A stretch of DNA of 61,337 nucleotides, taken from positions 1-61,337 of the forward strand of contig NW_021832144.1 of the NCBI RefSeq assembly GCF_006345805.1, in the 5' to 3' direction. The notes beneath the pieces are model-generated. The model had not been told where the DNA came from. It ran no database searches and was given only the letters and a program-made list of their open reading frames with translations. Origin of the DNA: Octopus sinensis (taxonomy: Eukaryota). Made by a program: the position numbers and the translations under genes. This document shows positions 34,100 through 47,760 of this stretch, piece by piece; the first letter of the stretch is position 1; each line of letters starts with the position of its first letter.

Positions 34100-36350
34100 A
34101 AATAATGATTTAGACACAAGTTAAGACTATTTGAGGAAGATCTCCTCCACGTCCTTCCCACAAAGTTATCCAAATTGTGTCATATCAAGAACAACTCCAA
34201 AAAACTATTAAAAATTGTATGACCTGTGCTTGACTTTTAGATCGAGACAATTTTCTCTGTAAAATCAGCAAATTCTACAATCAGAGAATTACTGGATAAT
34301 CAGGACTTTTATGGAGTGTTTATTAAGATTGACTGCATTAAAGAACTATTTACTAATGATCTGATTGGGATACATGCACTGGGGTAGTATGTTTATATAT
34401 TCTAAGCAATGTGAGTGAATTGATGGCTTCTACGTCGTGGAATCTTGAGAATGTTTTGACAGACCATTTCACGGATTTGTGCAGTTCATATTTCAGAGGT
34501 GTCTCGACTTTGGAGGAGTATAAACAGGTTGGGATTGTTTAGTATATCTTAGAGAGTCCTAAATTATATTTTTGCTTATTTGTATAAGCGTAGATTTGTC
34601 TTTGTGAGGATTATTCTTACTGAAGCCATCTCAGCGATCAATTCTTTTGTCAAAGTTTGTTTAGTCTTCTATATTTAAGGACAAACTCAGTGGAGAAGCA
34701 GTCGAGTTTAGGTTATTGGGGTTATATTGACTCCGCAGTGAACATTCGGTCACATTTTGGACTGGCTGTCTTGATAGTATAATGACTATTATAGTCTCTA
34801 TGTCCACTCGTTTTAAAGTATATAATCACATTAGCAATACTTAGGTATTCACTGACTATGTGAATGAGATTATTACTTCACAGGATTTTTTAAAGTAATT
34901 TTTTAAAATGTTTTAATGAGATAATTATTATTTAATATTGGATAGAGAGAGGAATGGTGGGATACATGGAATCAGAGAGAAGGTTATTGACGACTTGATG
35001 CTTGTCTACCACGAATATTGCAATCACTGTATTAAATTGGCTGGAGAGTTCATAAACGGCGCAATTCAGGTGATTTGGTGATGATTACAGTCAGTGTTCT
35101 GAGCTAGGGAACATTCGCAGGGGTGATTTATTTGCAATCTACAACAGTGTGATCACTCATGTCTCCGAATTAGATCATTCGTATATGAAGATCAGTTCTT
35201 CCTTACGTTTTAAACTATCGGACTTTGTATATTTATTTAATTATGTGTATAGATTACCAAGTATACAAATTTATTTCATGAAAAATGTTTACGGTCTATT
35301 TGGTTTGTATTATTCTATTTATTTTAACACAGCTCAACTGTTTTGAATGAAAAGTGGAAAATTGTGGATTCTTCTCAATTGTTTATTCGCACTTTTAGTT
35401 TGCTGGATAGTTCAGGTGCTACTGAAATTGATTTTTCTTCATCGTTTGTTTTTGCTTTATACAACGTTATTTTTAAAGAGATGACGACAGCAGTGGAAGT
35501 TCTGAATGTTCAAAAGTTATTCTGTTTGGAAACAAAACTCATGTTTTTACACTGTAGTGAGCTATTTGTTTGATAGTAGGTCATCGAGGATGCTTTTTGA
35601 GACTATATTTGTGTATTTGAGTTTGGCCAAGTCGTTACCATGTACAGCCACGTTGATTGCAATAAACTCTTCTGAATTAGTCAAAGTTAGTTGTAGTTGG
35701 ATTACTGCTAATAGACATTTAATCTGCAGTGTTATCAAAATTTGTCTCAGTTATCTTTCAGTAAGTATATCCGTGGGTCTTCCCAGAATGTGCAGATTAT
35801 GGCCACTTGTTTGTCAACTGTCGAACTCATTGGCAAAGTCATTCCACTAATCCAACAATTATTTATAAAGTTTGCGGCTTTGCAGAATTCCGAGCCACAA
35901 ATAAATAGTCACTTTGAAAAACTTAGAAATGTAATATTTTAAATGTATTGTGTTTAAAGGATATTGGTAAACACCAGATTGAACTTGATAAAAGAGTATA
36001 TAATTTGATTAGCAATCCGTTGTTGAATGAAGTAAGAAAAGTATGTTTTGTAGTATTTTTGTTAGTGGAATAAAAAAGAGGGAAATAATATTAATTCAGT
36101 CATACGGTCTGTCTCGCAGCATTTAAAGAAATGTCATTTATCTATATCAGGAATTCTTTCGAAAATGACTTTTCGGTTGATGATAGTTGTGTAATACTAC
36201 TAGAATTATTTAATCCGGATATTTGAGGTGGTTAATAATGAAGTGAGAGATTGTGATTTGGGAGTGGATTCAAATGATGATGGTTCTGTGGCACTTATAC
36301 AGTTTGTTTATAGTCTATAGGCGTAGGGGATTTCGCATAGAAATTAGTTA
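34100..36350 (+). CDS. Uncharacterised multi-exon gene, boundaries uncertain
   Basis: Chain of open frames separated by short GT-AG AT-rich gaps (e.g. MASTSWNLENVLTDHFTDLCSSYF; MESEKVIDDLMLVYHEYCNHCIKLAGEFINGAIQ); family not recognised. Confidence 0.4.
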
Positions 36351-36565
36351 CTACTTGAATATTGGTAATTCGTGTGATTCTAATACTGGCAATGCTGAGA
36401 CTGGCTGATTTTTTTGTTTTTTATTAAAGAATAATGAAAAGGCAATTGCAAGAATTAATCGTAATTACGAATATTTGATAATGAAAACTGAATTTTGAGT
36501 TTAGCCGATACTTTATGGGGCTGCTTTATTTAAGTTTGCTTGATAGATTACACTGATGTTCTTTA

Positions 36566-36943
36566 TTATTATTAGAACCAAGATCACCGTCCAAAACATA
36601 AAACTAATTAATCAGGTGATCCCGGCTTCTCTGAGGAGGGTCCTCATCTTTGCCCGGTGCTCCTCCCTAGTCCCGACACAATTTCTGTGAAGGCGCGGTG
36701 GTGGAGTTTTAGACCCGAGGTTTCTTCCTAAGATTTCTTTAAATGGGGCGATGAATAGATGTTCATTCGCTCGTTGTAGTGCTTTCCGAAAGATTTCTTG
36801 AGTTTTTTCGATTTTTACGCGGTTCGTTTCACTGATAAACCCTCCACACGCTCCACAAGCATAACTAAGGGAGGGTTCGATGAATTGCCGGTATATTGAT
36901 TGGCGTGCGGGGAAGCTGATCCATTGTTTGCATTTTCGGAGAA
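36566..36943 (-). mobile_element. 5'-truncated LINE (L2/CR1/I-like C-terminus) with (TAA)n tail
   Basis: Perfect 16-bp TSD ACACTGATGTTCTTTA (36550-36565, 36944-36959); ORF IYRQFIEPSLSYAC...KIEKTQ; short TAA-repeat tail. Confidence 0.85.
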
Positions 36944-37448
36944 ACACTGATGTTCTTTAAAATAATTAAATCCTTGTGTATAACGTTCAATGTAGATAGG
37001 CTACGTAGGACATACTTATGGTGAAAACTGACTAAAATATCTTGTTAATCTCTAGTTGGTGTAAACTACAAGGGCCAAATTGTTTGGTTAGAAAAATAAT
37101 TATTATTTTTAAATGATTAGTTTACTTAATTTTAAAAATTGAATTTATTTGTATCAAGTGATGGTTGATAATTTTTCAGTAGATAAATTTATTATACCAA
37201 AAACAGGAGAGGTATTAAAGTCATAATTATCTTGAAATGATAGATAATCTCTTGTCTGCCTTCTCATTATCTTCTCTGTAAACCAAAAATAATGCAACTA
37301 AAATCAACTGCCCTAACAAAAATTGAAAAAAACCAGGAACGGGCTTTTAAAAAGAACAAAAACTGATTCTAAATTAAGTTTAATAAAGTTATTATTTATT
37401 CTCATTTTTTGCCATTTCAATTAAAAATTGTTACTAGGTGACACTAGT

Positions 37449-40400
37449 ATGCGTTCGTTTCTATTTAAAAAAGTATTATTTTGTTTTAAAATATTAATAA
37501 AGATGGCTTCTCTTAATAAAGAAGCATTTCTATGCACTTCATGGAATCACTCTTCTGGAGTATTAGCTTGTGGTGGAAAACAGGGATTATTGAATATAGT
37601 TCGATTTGATTTACATGGTAAATAAAAATATTGAGATTTATTCTTGTTTTAGGGTTTAACGAATCCAATGACACATGGCAATTATTTTTTCTAAATGTAA
37701 ATCAAATTCATAGAGGTTTTAATATTTTTAATTTTTAATATAGATGATGTTATATGCCTTGAATGGTCTAGCAAGACACATAAATTGATATCCGCCGATA
37801 ATAAAGGACTAGTAATCATTTGGAAATATTTCGGAGGTTTAGTTTTGAATAACATTTATAGATTATTTAAAAGAAGAATTTATAAACAATAATAATTTTC
37901 AAAACGTTCTAGATATAAAATGGAATATGAATGGACAACAAATTTGTATCATTTCAGAAAGTTTATAAAAATAGTTTTTTAATTTAGATCAAATTACTGT
38001 GATTACAAGCGAAGGGGTTCCCATTTGGAGTAACTCTCATTATAAAAATATTGTGTCAATTCAGGTTCTTCTCAATAATATAATATTAAAGTGGTTTCCA
38101 GATAAAAATTCAATTTTTGTTTTTCTCAAAAACTCTCAAATTGTCATATTCGATCGTCTTGGAAAAAAATTGGTTTATTTTTGTAAAAACATAGAATGTA
38201 GGAAGACATTGAACTTTTACTTGATAATCCAAATGCATTAGATTCCGAAATATCAACGGTTGATTGGTATACCGGAGATAATGGACTGAGATATGAAAAT
38301 TGTCCGACATTAGCAATTTGTACGAATAACGGAATATGCAGATTATTGAAGAACGAATGGGATAAAGGTTTGGAAAACATAAATAATAAAATCACAGAGG
38401 GAATTATTATTAAGACAGAGATGGCAATATTATGTACAAAGTGGAACACGTGTGGAACTGTGATAGCAATTGGGGGAACGTTTTTAGATACAAACGCTAA
38501 TAAAATAGTAAATATAATCAATTTTTATTCTCTTGACGGAAAAGTAAAATAAACTAAATTAAAGATTAGCATAAAAATTCAATTAAATTAAAAGATGGAA
38601 ATTTAAATTCTCTTTGTTGGAATGAGGATAATTCAATTCTTGCTGCCGCAATTGACAAAGAAATATATTTTATAGCTGTTAAAAATGAATACAATGTATA
38701 TTTTATTGACATTAAAGTGGTGCCAATGCGATGACTCGGTTGTATATGCACACCCTTTGCCATATTCGTTTTCGTATATTGTCAGATTTTGGAATTTAAC
38801 CTCAAAAATTGTTTGATTTATTAGTCTGTTTATTTTACAGATTATAAAAAAGCTTGTCAAGAATCTTGAATTTATTGCATCTTATAAGCAAAACTGTTGT
38901 ATCGTTTCAAAAAATGAAAATACACTTGAGGTAGACGAAATTCTTACATTATAGCATATTGTTACAATTTATAATTCCATTGGCAATCCAGTTGATTCCA
39001 GAACAGTAAATTTCCACCCTTTGTTTTGTGAAATGAATAATACGTATCTTCTGATTGCATCGGAAAATGTTCTATATATTTGGGAGTATCGAAAATCAAA
39101 TGAAAGACTTGATGCAATACAAGAACTAAATCTCAGAGAAAAACAAATTGAAAAGTTGTAATTCCATCTTATATTATAAGATTATATGTTGTTGGCGACT
39201 CTATTGTTGAGGTAAGAGATGTCTTACATAGCCTACACAAAATTCCAAAAAATGGAATATCCGCGGTCTGTTTGTCAGAAAATCTTTTTCTTGTAATATT
39301 TTTATTCTGATTGCATAAGGGAAGAAGAAATGGCGAAATTATTTCGTACGAAGTAAAAAATTTGACAATATTGAGAAAGTTAAAAATATCTGGAGTACCT
39401 TCTTTATTAAAACTAAATATGAATTTACAGTTATATTCTGATTAAATATTAAATTTAGGAAGCTTGCTATTATTGACTCGGTCGGAACATTGTCAATCAT
39501 TGATACTAATGATAAAAATACATTACTGCCAACTAATGTATCTACACGAACTGATGTTTGGGATGTTAGATGGGCAAAAGTAATGCTTGGTTTTAACCAA
39601 CAGGACAACTCGGAACTAATAGCAGTTATGGATCGATCTAAGTTATACATTCTTAGAAACGGAGAAACCGAGGTTACACATTTGTTAAATTCATCTATAG
39701 GAAGTATTCGATTCGACTGGATTTATAAGCGAATTTGTTGACTTGCGAGTCAAAACAATTAATTTTGAACGTCTTTACATTCTTCCAGATTACCCAAATG
39801 ATAATATTATTAATTTTTATGAACTAAAAGTACTTGTATGTAAATTTGAGCACAGAGTATAAAAATCGTAAAATCTTTAATTGAATCGAATAACTATGAA
39901 ACTGCAAAAACGTATATTATGGATAATTATCATGACTCATTGTGGTATAAATTATAAGCTAATATTATTTGAAGGAACTTACTAGGCGAGGCATCGTTAA
40001 AAGGCTTAAATTTGGAAATTGCTGAACTAGCATATACAGTCTGCAAAAATTATCCGAAAATCCAATTTATAAAAGAACTAAAAAATATTAAAGTAAATAT
40101 ATATTTGGTATACAGGACGAACAAATAGTATTAGCAAAAGTAATGACTTTGTTCAAAAATTATAAAGAGGCGGAAAATATTTATCTTTCTATAAATCGGA
40201 AGGATTTGGCAATTAACCAATGGAAACTGATCGGAGATTATCTTAAATTACAAAATATCTCGGACGAAACATTTAATAAGAATATGCCTGAAATTAATCA
40301 CATTGTTGGTAATCATTATGCGGATCATCGTAAATGGAAGGAGGCCATTTATTATTTAGAAATGGCAAAAGATAACTCTCGGATAATCGATTGTTATTAT

Positions 40401-41514
40401 TCAATTCAAGACTTTGAAGGTCTAAAAAAATATTCAAATGAACTATCCAATGATAAAAATTCTCTTTTGAAGATTGCAGATATATTTCAAAAAAGTGGAA
40501 TGTATTTGCAGTCGGTCGAAATATACCAAAAGCTCCAAGATTTTGATAAAGCCATTTCTGTTTGCATCAGTGGAAATTTGTGGAAATATGCATATAATTT
40601 AGCAAAACAATCAAATTTAGTGGATATTAAATCGTTATTATCCAAGAACGTCAACTTTCTTGTAAATTCTGGACAGTTGTTTGAAGCTATAAGTTTATGT
40701 AAAGAAGGGGGAATTTATCAAGAGGCTGTCAAATTTGTCCTAGATTTTACAGAAAAATATCGACAAAACTGTCGTTCATTAACCACTATTAAAAAACTTT
40801 ATGTTCTTGCTGGGTTCTTATTCAATGAACAAAAATCGGTAATTAATTTTGATAAAAAAATTTCAAGGCTCGAATTATTGAAAGTTTGGATGAAGAAAAT
40901 AGTAGGATGGCAGGCAATGAAGTAGATTATAATCCATGGACTGGTGCAGAGGCATATCATTTTTTGATGTTGGCGAATAATTTTTTCCGACAAGGTTATT
41001 CCCAAATATATATTTTGTAGGGAAATATGAAAATGCTTTTTGGTGTTCCTATCGACTTTTAAGTTATGAGAATTTTCTTGGATATGAAAATATTCATTCC
41101 ATTATTGGTTAAAAAACTAATAAATTATTTTAGCTTTATGTGCTTGTTTCACAAATCGCTTCAAAATATGTTCCCGAGAATTTACTTTTCTTGAAAAATC
41201 TGGACCAAACCAAGCAAATTATAAAAATTTAGCAATTAAAATATTTTCTAGGTATTAAATTATTTATCGAGTTATTAGCGAAAAGGGAAAGATAATTCTC
41301 AATTCTGATACAACTGATATGTAGTAAAAATACTTGTGTTATAATTAGAACCGAAGATATGATGAAACCCGTGTGCTATATTACAGGAAGACCGATAAGC
41401 ATTGAGTCATATTGGCAATGTACCATGTGTAAACATTGCGCCGATAGGAGAGAAATTAAAAAGAGGCAATCCTGTCCTCTCTGTCATTCCAACAGAGAGG
41501 AATTTGTTTATTAA
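37449..41514 (+). CDS. WDR35: WDR35 / IFT121 (IFT-A subunit), many micro-introns
   Basis: MRSFLFKK|MASLNKEAFLCTSWNHSSGVLACGGKQGLL (cf. MFFYLSKK..CVSWN..G.IACGGEDGLL); GAEAYHFLMLA; C-terminal CYITGRPI..WQCTMCKH...SCPLCH; stop at 41512-41514. Confidence 0.92.
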
Positions 41515-41781
41515 TTTTTCCTTTATTTAAAGATTATGAATTTAATTAAAAAACTAGTCTTTTGTGGTTTTATTTCATAATGCTAAGAATAAAGTTTTTT
41601 TAGTAGATAAACTTCAGGAAACACATTTTTAGGTTCTTCCGTACTGTATTCAGTAAAACAATCAAACTGAAATTGTTGAAACCATGGAATAACTACGTGC
41701 ATTGAGATGAGTTTGATATTTTAAAGATAAAAATAATTAAAAGATTAAACCAAAGACAAATCAATGAACTCAAAAAGTATT

Positions 41782-42513
41782 TTAAGCATGCCCCTTCTTG
41801 GCCTTTAATTTCTTGACATAAAAATCAAGTTCTGCCCCCTCAAGAATATAGCCATCACACCTTCCATGTTGTCCTGGTCTTGATGTCACAATAGCTAAAC
41901 ATATCAATCCAAGTATTCAACCAAGCAACTTCCCGCTCATAAATTGCTCAAGCAACGAAGGGGCCAAAGCAGCATGAACTTGCCTCTTGGCCATTAATTC
42001 AACATTTCGAGCATTGTCTTCTGTTTTCGGAACATCAGATTGCTTAATAAGGCTGACCAATTAAGAAAAACCTCGACTGTTTCTCCTTTCTTGCGAGGAA
42101 GTACTCTCCCATAGTAATTCTCGTAGAGAGTCCTGAAAGGGGCAGCATCCACACTGAGAATACAGCCTTTTACAATCGTTTTAGTCCTTAGGAGCTCGTT
42201 TGACGTACAATTGTAGACAACGTCGTTTATTCGAGCACGTTTTGTGAATCCTTCAGAGGGCCATGAGAAACTTCCAGTCGCCAGTCGTAGAGCTCTGTAT
42301 TTTTTATTCCCCCCTCGACAGCGGACTGAACGGACCACTTCTTTAGTAGATAGCTTGAATGTGTTGATAAATTTTACTTTAGTATTTGCAGCCTGACGAC
42401 CCATGTCAAACTTTCTCTTTTTACGGAAGAGTGGCATTCTTCCTCCTGTCTTTCGTCGTTTATGACATGAATCTCGTGATATTCCTTAGAACTATAAATA
42501 ACACACAACCCAT
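41782..42513 (-). CDS. RPS8: 40S ribosomal protein S8
   Basis: MG|[69 protein letters not shown]; 25-nt first intron. Confidence 0.95.
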
Positions 42514-42651
42514 TGTATGTTGGCACGCTTATTCTTTTTGTTTTTAATTAAAAAAATAATTTAAAAATAGTTATAAAAAATTCATACTCTGAAGAAATTA
42601 AAAACTTAATTCATTACTGTCAGTGTTAGTAAATAAGTCTGTCAAAATAAG

Positions 42652-42888
42652 ACTCGTCTGAACGGGGTGAGAAGAGAAAAAGTAAAATACGCTGGAATTA
42701 GGAATGGCAGATTGTTTGTCCCCCTGGGTGTTGAGACGTCAGGAATACAGGGGCCTTCTACTTGCAGCGTACTCCAGATTGGCTCACTAATGGAAAGGGT
42801 TACCGGCGACCCGTGTAAGCATCGGTATTTAACCGAACGAATATCTATAACCATAGTCAGAAGCAATACTCTGGCTATTTTCCAATGA
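42652..42888 (+). mobile_element. CRE-like REL 3' fragment, divergent subfamily
   Basis: KVKYAG...FVPLGVETSG...IGSLMERVTGDP...LTERISITIVRSN-stop. Confidence 0.75.
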
Positions 42889-43082
42889 CCTTTTTTTCTC
42901 TAGTCCTTTTATTAATAAAATAACTAGATTTTAAAAAAATAAGACTAGAAATTTATCAAGACAGATATAATTTTAGCAGGTAACAAACTATACCATTTCC
43001 CGTACTAAATGGGATTAACACCAAACTAAGTGGGATTAGCAGAAAACTAAATTTTAAAATTGCGTCATTAATAAAATTAACA

Positions 43083-43164
43083 GCCAGTATGGCCGAGTGG
43101 TTAAGGCGTTTGACTCAAGATCAAATGGACATTGTCCTCGTGGGTTCGAATCCCACTGCTGGTA
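43083..43164 (+). tRNA. tRNA-Leu(CAA)
   Basis: GCCAGTA/TGCTGGT acceptor stem, GGCCGAGTGGTTAAGGC D-arm, TTTGA-CTCAAGA-TCAAA anticodon arm, long variable arm, GTTCGAATC T-loop; followed by a T5 terminator. Confidence 0.93.
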
Positions 43165-43261
43165 TTTTTCGATAATAATTTTCATTATTAAACTAAAAAT
43201 TTTTTTATAAAATATAGTGGCCGTCTTCCCAAACATTTTTATAAATTTTTAGAATAGAGTA

Positions 43262-43870
43262 GAGATTTAGAATAGAGACCGAGACGCGCTGGAAGAGCAG
43301 CTCGTCTCCCTCCGGTCATGCGTCTTCAAGGCAATTTTATCGCCGACATACGCAACAACCTCTCGGTTTCCTTCCGATCACGCCAGTGGTTTCAAAAGCA
43401 AGGGGGACGAACTTGTAAGCCTAAGAAAGTGGTACGTATTTCTATTTCTTCCTTTCCTCCGCAAGCGCGCAAGCGTATCCTGAGGAACATGCTGTCCAGG
43501 GCAACAGCTTCTCGGAAAAAGAATCCACATAGGTCACGTCGCAGACGAGTCATCCCGATATGAAGTTTCCTGTTGTTCCGAAGGAGTCCAACAGATTCCA
43601 GTGTAGACGGGAATCCGCCGAAATCCAAAACCCTCTTCATGACATCATTGAGAAGTGTATTTTTTGAGACCACCGAAACACATTGACAACAGTGTGGTTG
43701 ACATATGTCCAATCCCAGTCGCAGACACACGCTGATACGGACGGTTTCATCTTCCAGGAGCAGACCATTAGACGCCAGTGGAGAGCATTTAATTAATCTC
43801 TAGAATGAGGCTGGCATTCGCAGTTCAACGACACCAACTGCATCTGGTCGGCTTGCGAGCGAATTTCAAT
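43262..43870 (-). mobile_element. CRE-like REL 3' portion, decayed
   Basis: LNALPLASNGLLLEDETVRISVCLRLG..CQPHCCQC, YVDSFS, FVPLAFETTG, LFQRVSVSIL. Confidence 0.75.
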
Positions 43871-44444
43871 CTGCGCAACTTTTATATCTAACTGAAGATT
43901 TCGTGGATGACAAGAGGAAAAATAAATAAATTTAATCTAAGTAAACATTACCTCAAAAAAATGTTTAAAGCATATTGAAATGGAGAAATTTTACAAATGC
44001 GACCTCCTTCAAGCGAACTGTCGATCCTCTATGAAGCAAAATTAAAGATTATTCTAATTGTCTTTACACAGGTTAGAGTTGTCTCACATTTGAAAATAAT
44101 CCTGTTATTTTCATTGCGCTTTCGGTCTTGGCGATGATACTAAGTAATGGGTTGTTTTGTCAATAAGAGCCGTTTTGATTAGCAATAAACACACCTCCGC
44201 AAAATCGCAGCGACCTCAGACTTTGTCGCCACATACAAAGTAGTCTTTAATTTAGAAAAAATGAGATCTTTACCAAAGTGATTCAAATTATGCTCAGAAT
44301 ATAATAAATAATCTAAACTACTTCAATAATTTTGAGGTTTAGCTCAAAATCATCCTAAGAAAAAAATCTTAATTTAGAGATTTATACTCAATAATGAGTA
44401 GGTTTTTTTTAACAAAGTAAATAACTACAAGTTAATTAATAAAA

Positions 44445-44805
44445 GCTTCATGGGCGGAAAGCCGACGCGATCGAGAAAGAGTTAGAGCGTACTATCGCAA
44501 GGGATATCCGCTCGAAAAACCATCTCGATTCGCGGGCGTCGCCTGTGATAGCGGACATGCGGGACCCGATCTCCTGAACGAAGCTGATTGCCTTACTGCC
44601 CAAGGAACCGGAAGTCTCAACCGCGAATGGAAGGAATTGGAACTTCTCCGTAAGTGAGGAGTACTTCCGCATCTTTTTGCATCCCGCGGTTGTGACAATG
44701 GATCCAGGAGCGGATGCGGACATCAGCAGGTTCTGAGGCGAGAAAGAGTCCACACACGTGGCATCCCAGGTGAGAGGCTTCCCCCTGTTGAAGGGAAACA
44801 CAGTG
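44445..44805 (-). mobile_element. CRE-like REL 3' fragment
   Basis: VFPFNRGKPLTWDATCVDSFS...KMRKYSSL..FQFLPFAVETSG...WFFERISLAIVRSNS. Confidence 0.85.
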
Positions 44806-44839
44806 ATTTCTGCTTTTCAGTTTTACTAAAACAATGAGT

Positions 44840-45120
44840 AGGTTGATCTTCGAAAACATAAGAAGTATCAACTCACAAAGAAAGCAGAAACTTTCCTAAT
44901 TAAAGAGAGGAAACTATATATCTTAAAAATGTAAACGACCTACACAGGCTCGTAATTGCTTCCACGAGCTTAGAAGAGATGAAAATAATTGCACGTGAGA
45001 TGTATGAAGCCAATCATTGTCAACATAATTCTCTGAAAGCCTTATATAGGCGAAAATTTTTTAAATTGAGAAGACAGATCATTCGGCAAGTTGTTAAAGA
45101 ATGCAATTTCTGCTTTTCAG
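44840..45120 (+). mobile_element. Integrase zinc-binding (H2C2)-like relic, Ginger-related
   Basis: MYEANHCQHNSLKALYRRKFFKLRRQIIRQVVKECNFC parallels NHFGRDRLFSKLRNLYYGLNREISKVISNCAFC of the 8904-10694 element. Confidence 0.5.
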
Positions 45121-45479
45121 TTTTACTAAAACAATATGATAATTCAAATATTCCTTCATGGATTTATTTACCAGGGCGACTGAAAGAAGTTAAAATTGAA
45201 AGTTCGACCTGTAATCTGCTAACTCAGTATTGGTACACGATTCAAATTTATTAGTACACAGCTTTTCTTATTGCGCTACATACTGTAAAAATAAATCAAA
45301 TGATGTTAATTTAAACTATTTATAATTTAAAACCTGAAACTTTACCGTTCTCGATTAGCACCAGCAAATTATTATATTTTTGTTTCAATTGCTACTTAAA
45401 CCTGATATTTTTTTCTTAAATAAATAATTTTATTTTATCAAGTGACATTACAAGCCATTAGTCGGTTTTTGATATGGTT

Positions 45480-47560
45480 TGGGCATTATAAATCTCAAAA
45501 GCGAATCTCTATTGAGGGATTTTTCGCGTTGATATTCTTCTTGTTTACAAGAATTCGTGGATATTGGGTCATCGTCAGATTTCTCTGTACTGCTTAACAA
45601 ACATGGATTTGCAGCTTCAGATAAAATTGGTTCTGTAGAATCATTTATAATTGATTTTTTTTCTTCAACTGAATCTATAATTTCTTCATTATTTCTATAA
45701 TAAATATATATAAATACATATCAGATTCAAATTTTGTTGTATCGATCTCACTTTTGAGTGTGCTGCAATAATTTACTCCATCGTCAAACAGCTGTGCTAC
45801 ATCCTTCACAGATTTACGTTCAAGAGTGGGAAGAATAAATGAATCTGCCAACTCCGTACTGGTACGAGATTCAAAGCTATTTTCAACATGTCTTTTCCGA
45901 TATTCTTTTATTTCATCCGATGAGGGATGTTTGATAAGCATATCAATCACCCCAATAACTGAATCTTTTTTAGTATTATCAGAATCGTCATTATCCCGTG
46001 TTGATTCGAAGGAATAACAAGGAATTTCAGATTCTTCTATTTCATATTTTTCTATAACATATGGTCGAATAAAGGTTACCGATAACCGGTGATTCTGAAA
46101 TAGCTGATTCATCCTCAACTAATTGGACAGAATTGGTTGTCTAATTAGACTAATTTAATTAATTATGAAACATTAGGGGTGCAAGAATATTTTTCATAAA
46201 CCACAGGCAACGGCACAGTAGGGACAGATTCTTTAATCTAAAAAATCTAAAATATTTTGAGAACCAGTTCAAAATCGTTAATCATCGTTTCAAGCCTCTC
46301 TTTGTCAGTATTATCCTATCAATAGATAATAAATATTGATACTGAGACATTTCTAAGTTGGGAAATAACGTTCTGATAGTTTCCATTTAATGATGACTGC
46401 TTTAAAGTGACACTGACTGGAGGAGGTGATGGTGCCCTTTTTTGTTTTTTCGACTAGAAATGTTTTATTAGTAAAAACAAGTAGAAATGTGGAAAATTTT
46501 TCTTTATTTGCGGTTTCCCCGACCAAATCCTTCATCTGAGAATTCTGGACAGTTTCTGACATTTCTCTACACTCCATTTCGTTCGGTTGTTTTGACTGAC
46601 CAGTAAATTCGATGTTTTTTTTGTTTTTCGGTCGACGTTTAATGATTCGCTGTTTAAGGGTTGAGCATTTTTTCTTAATCTTCCTCACTAAGAAATAAAT
46701 TTAAAATATCAAATAATAAATATGAAATATATATTAGTGGATTTATGAGGCCTACACATGCGCAAACTCATCAAATGCGGTAAATTATCGTTAAGAACAT
46801 AACAGCATTGATCGTAGCCACTAATTGTTGATATTAAATCGACTCTTGGGTTAACAATATAAACTATGACGCCATTCATGCGTTCTTTGTTTCGATAAAG
46901 TACAAAAAATTTAGTGATGAGAAAAATTTAGTGATGAGGACCTTACCTATGAGGATTCCATATTTAAGACCATACACCATAAAGGGGTAGTGTAATGATA
47001 AGATAATCTCCTCTGGACGGGTAGGGTGTATCAGTTTGTAGTCTTCGACAGGATTCAATTTGAATACTTTACAGGCCTTGAGAGCCAACTGTTCCACTGT
47101 TGTGTCAATGTTTGTAAAAATATTGATAGCTTCACCTGTCGTTTTATTTATGACCGAAATGTTAATTTTCTCCGTCTAAGTGGTAATCATTATTCCTGCA
47201 GTACTAACATGTTTTGAAAATAGTGAACTAATTGAATGGTTAGTCTCCTGTATGAATATTCTGGGTATCAGCCTTATGTAACAAATGTTCAGATCATTTA
47301 TTTTATCATAACCATTACAAGCAATGGCTTCACATTCTGGAAATTGACTATCATAGACTTGATAGGCATAGTTTGAAGGAATGAAGTACATCTTCTCACA
47401 TACGTCCATAAATAGCTGTGCGACGTTCATACTACAAATTAACAGAATAAAGATACCTGAAAGTAACTGGAATGGTCATGAGACTCCCATCAGGATAAGA
47501 AGCTAGGACTTCATTTCCTTTTAAATCAACAATTCCGTCATTTTTCATGTGTCAATACCA
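45480..47560 (-). CDS. Multi-exon gene with possible tandem RBD/ubiquitin-like folds and a low-complexity tail; boundaries uncertain
   Basis: EVLASYPDGSLMTIPVTF|SMNVAQLFMDVCEKMYFIPSNY and MEQLALKACKVFKLNP resemble RBD/Cobl-type UBL repeats; ORFs at 46353-46688 and 45675-46118 are collinear. Confidence 0.4.
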
Positions 47561-47760
47561 AGAAATGACAAGAATTACGAGTGATAGCCAAATTATAATA
47601 TAAATAGAATGAATATAAAGTCTACGCTGCGCTCGTTTATTTCCGATGTGAAGTATGCAGTCAATAAATCGATGATAATTAGTCTGTTATTAAGTCGTTT
47701 GGCAACCCGTTGTTGTTTTCTGTTTTAATAAGAATTAACGTCTATGATAGCAATTTTTAA

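Noticed and set aside
41800-41850. Suspected frameshift at the RPS8 C-terminus
   Set aside because: Recounting the G-run gives an intact frame ([20 protein letters not shown]-stop).
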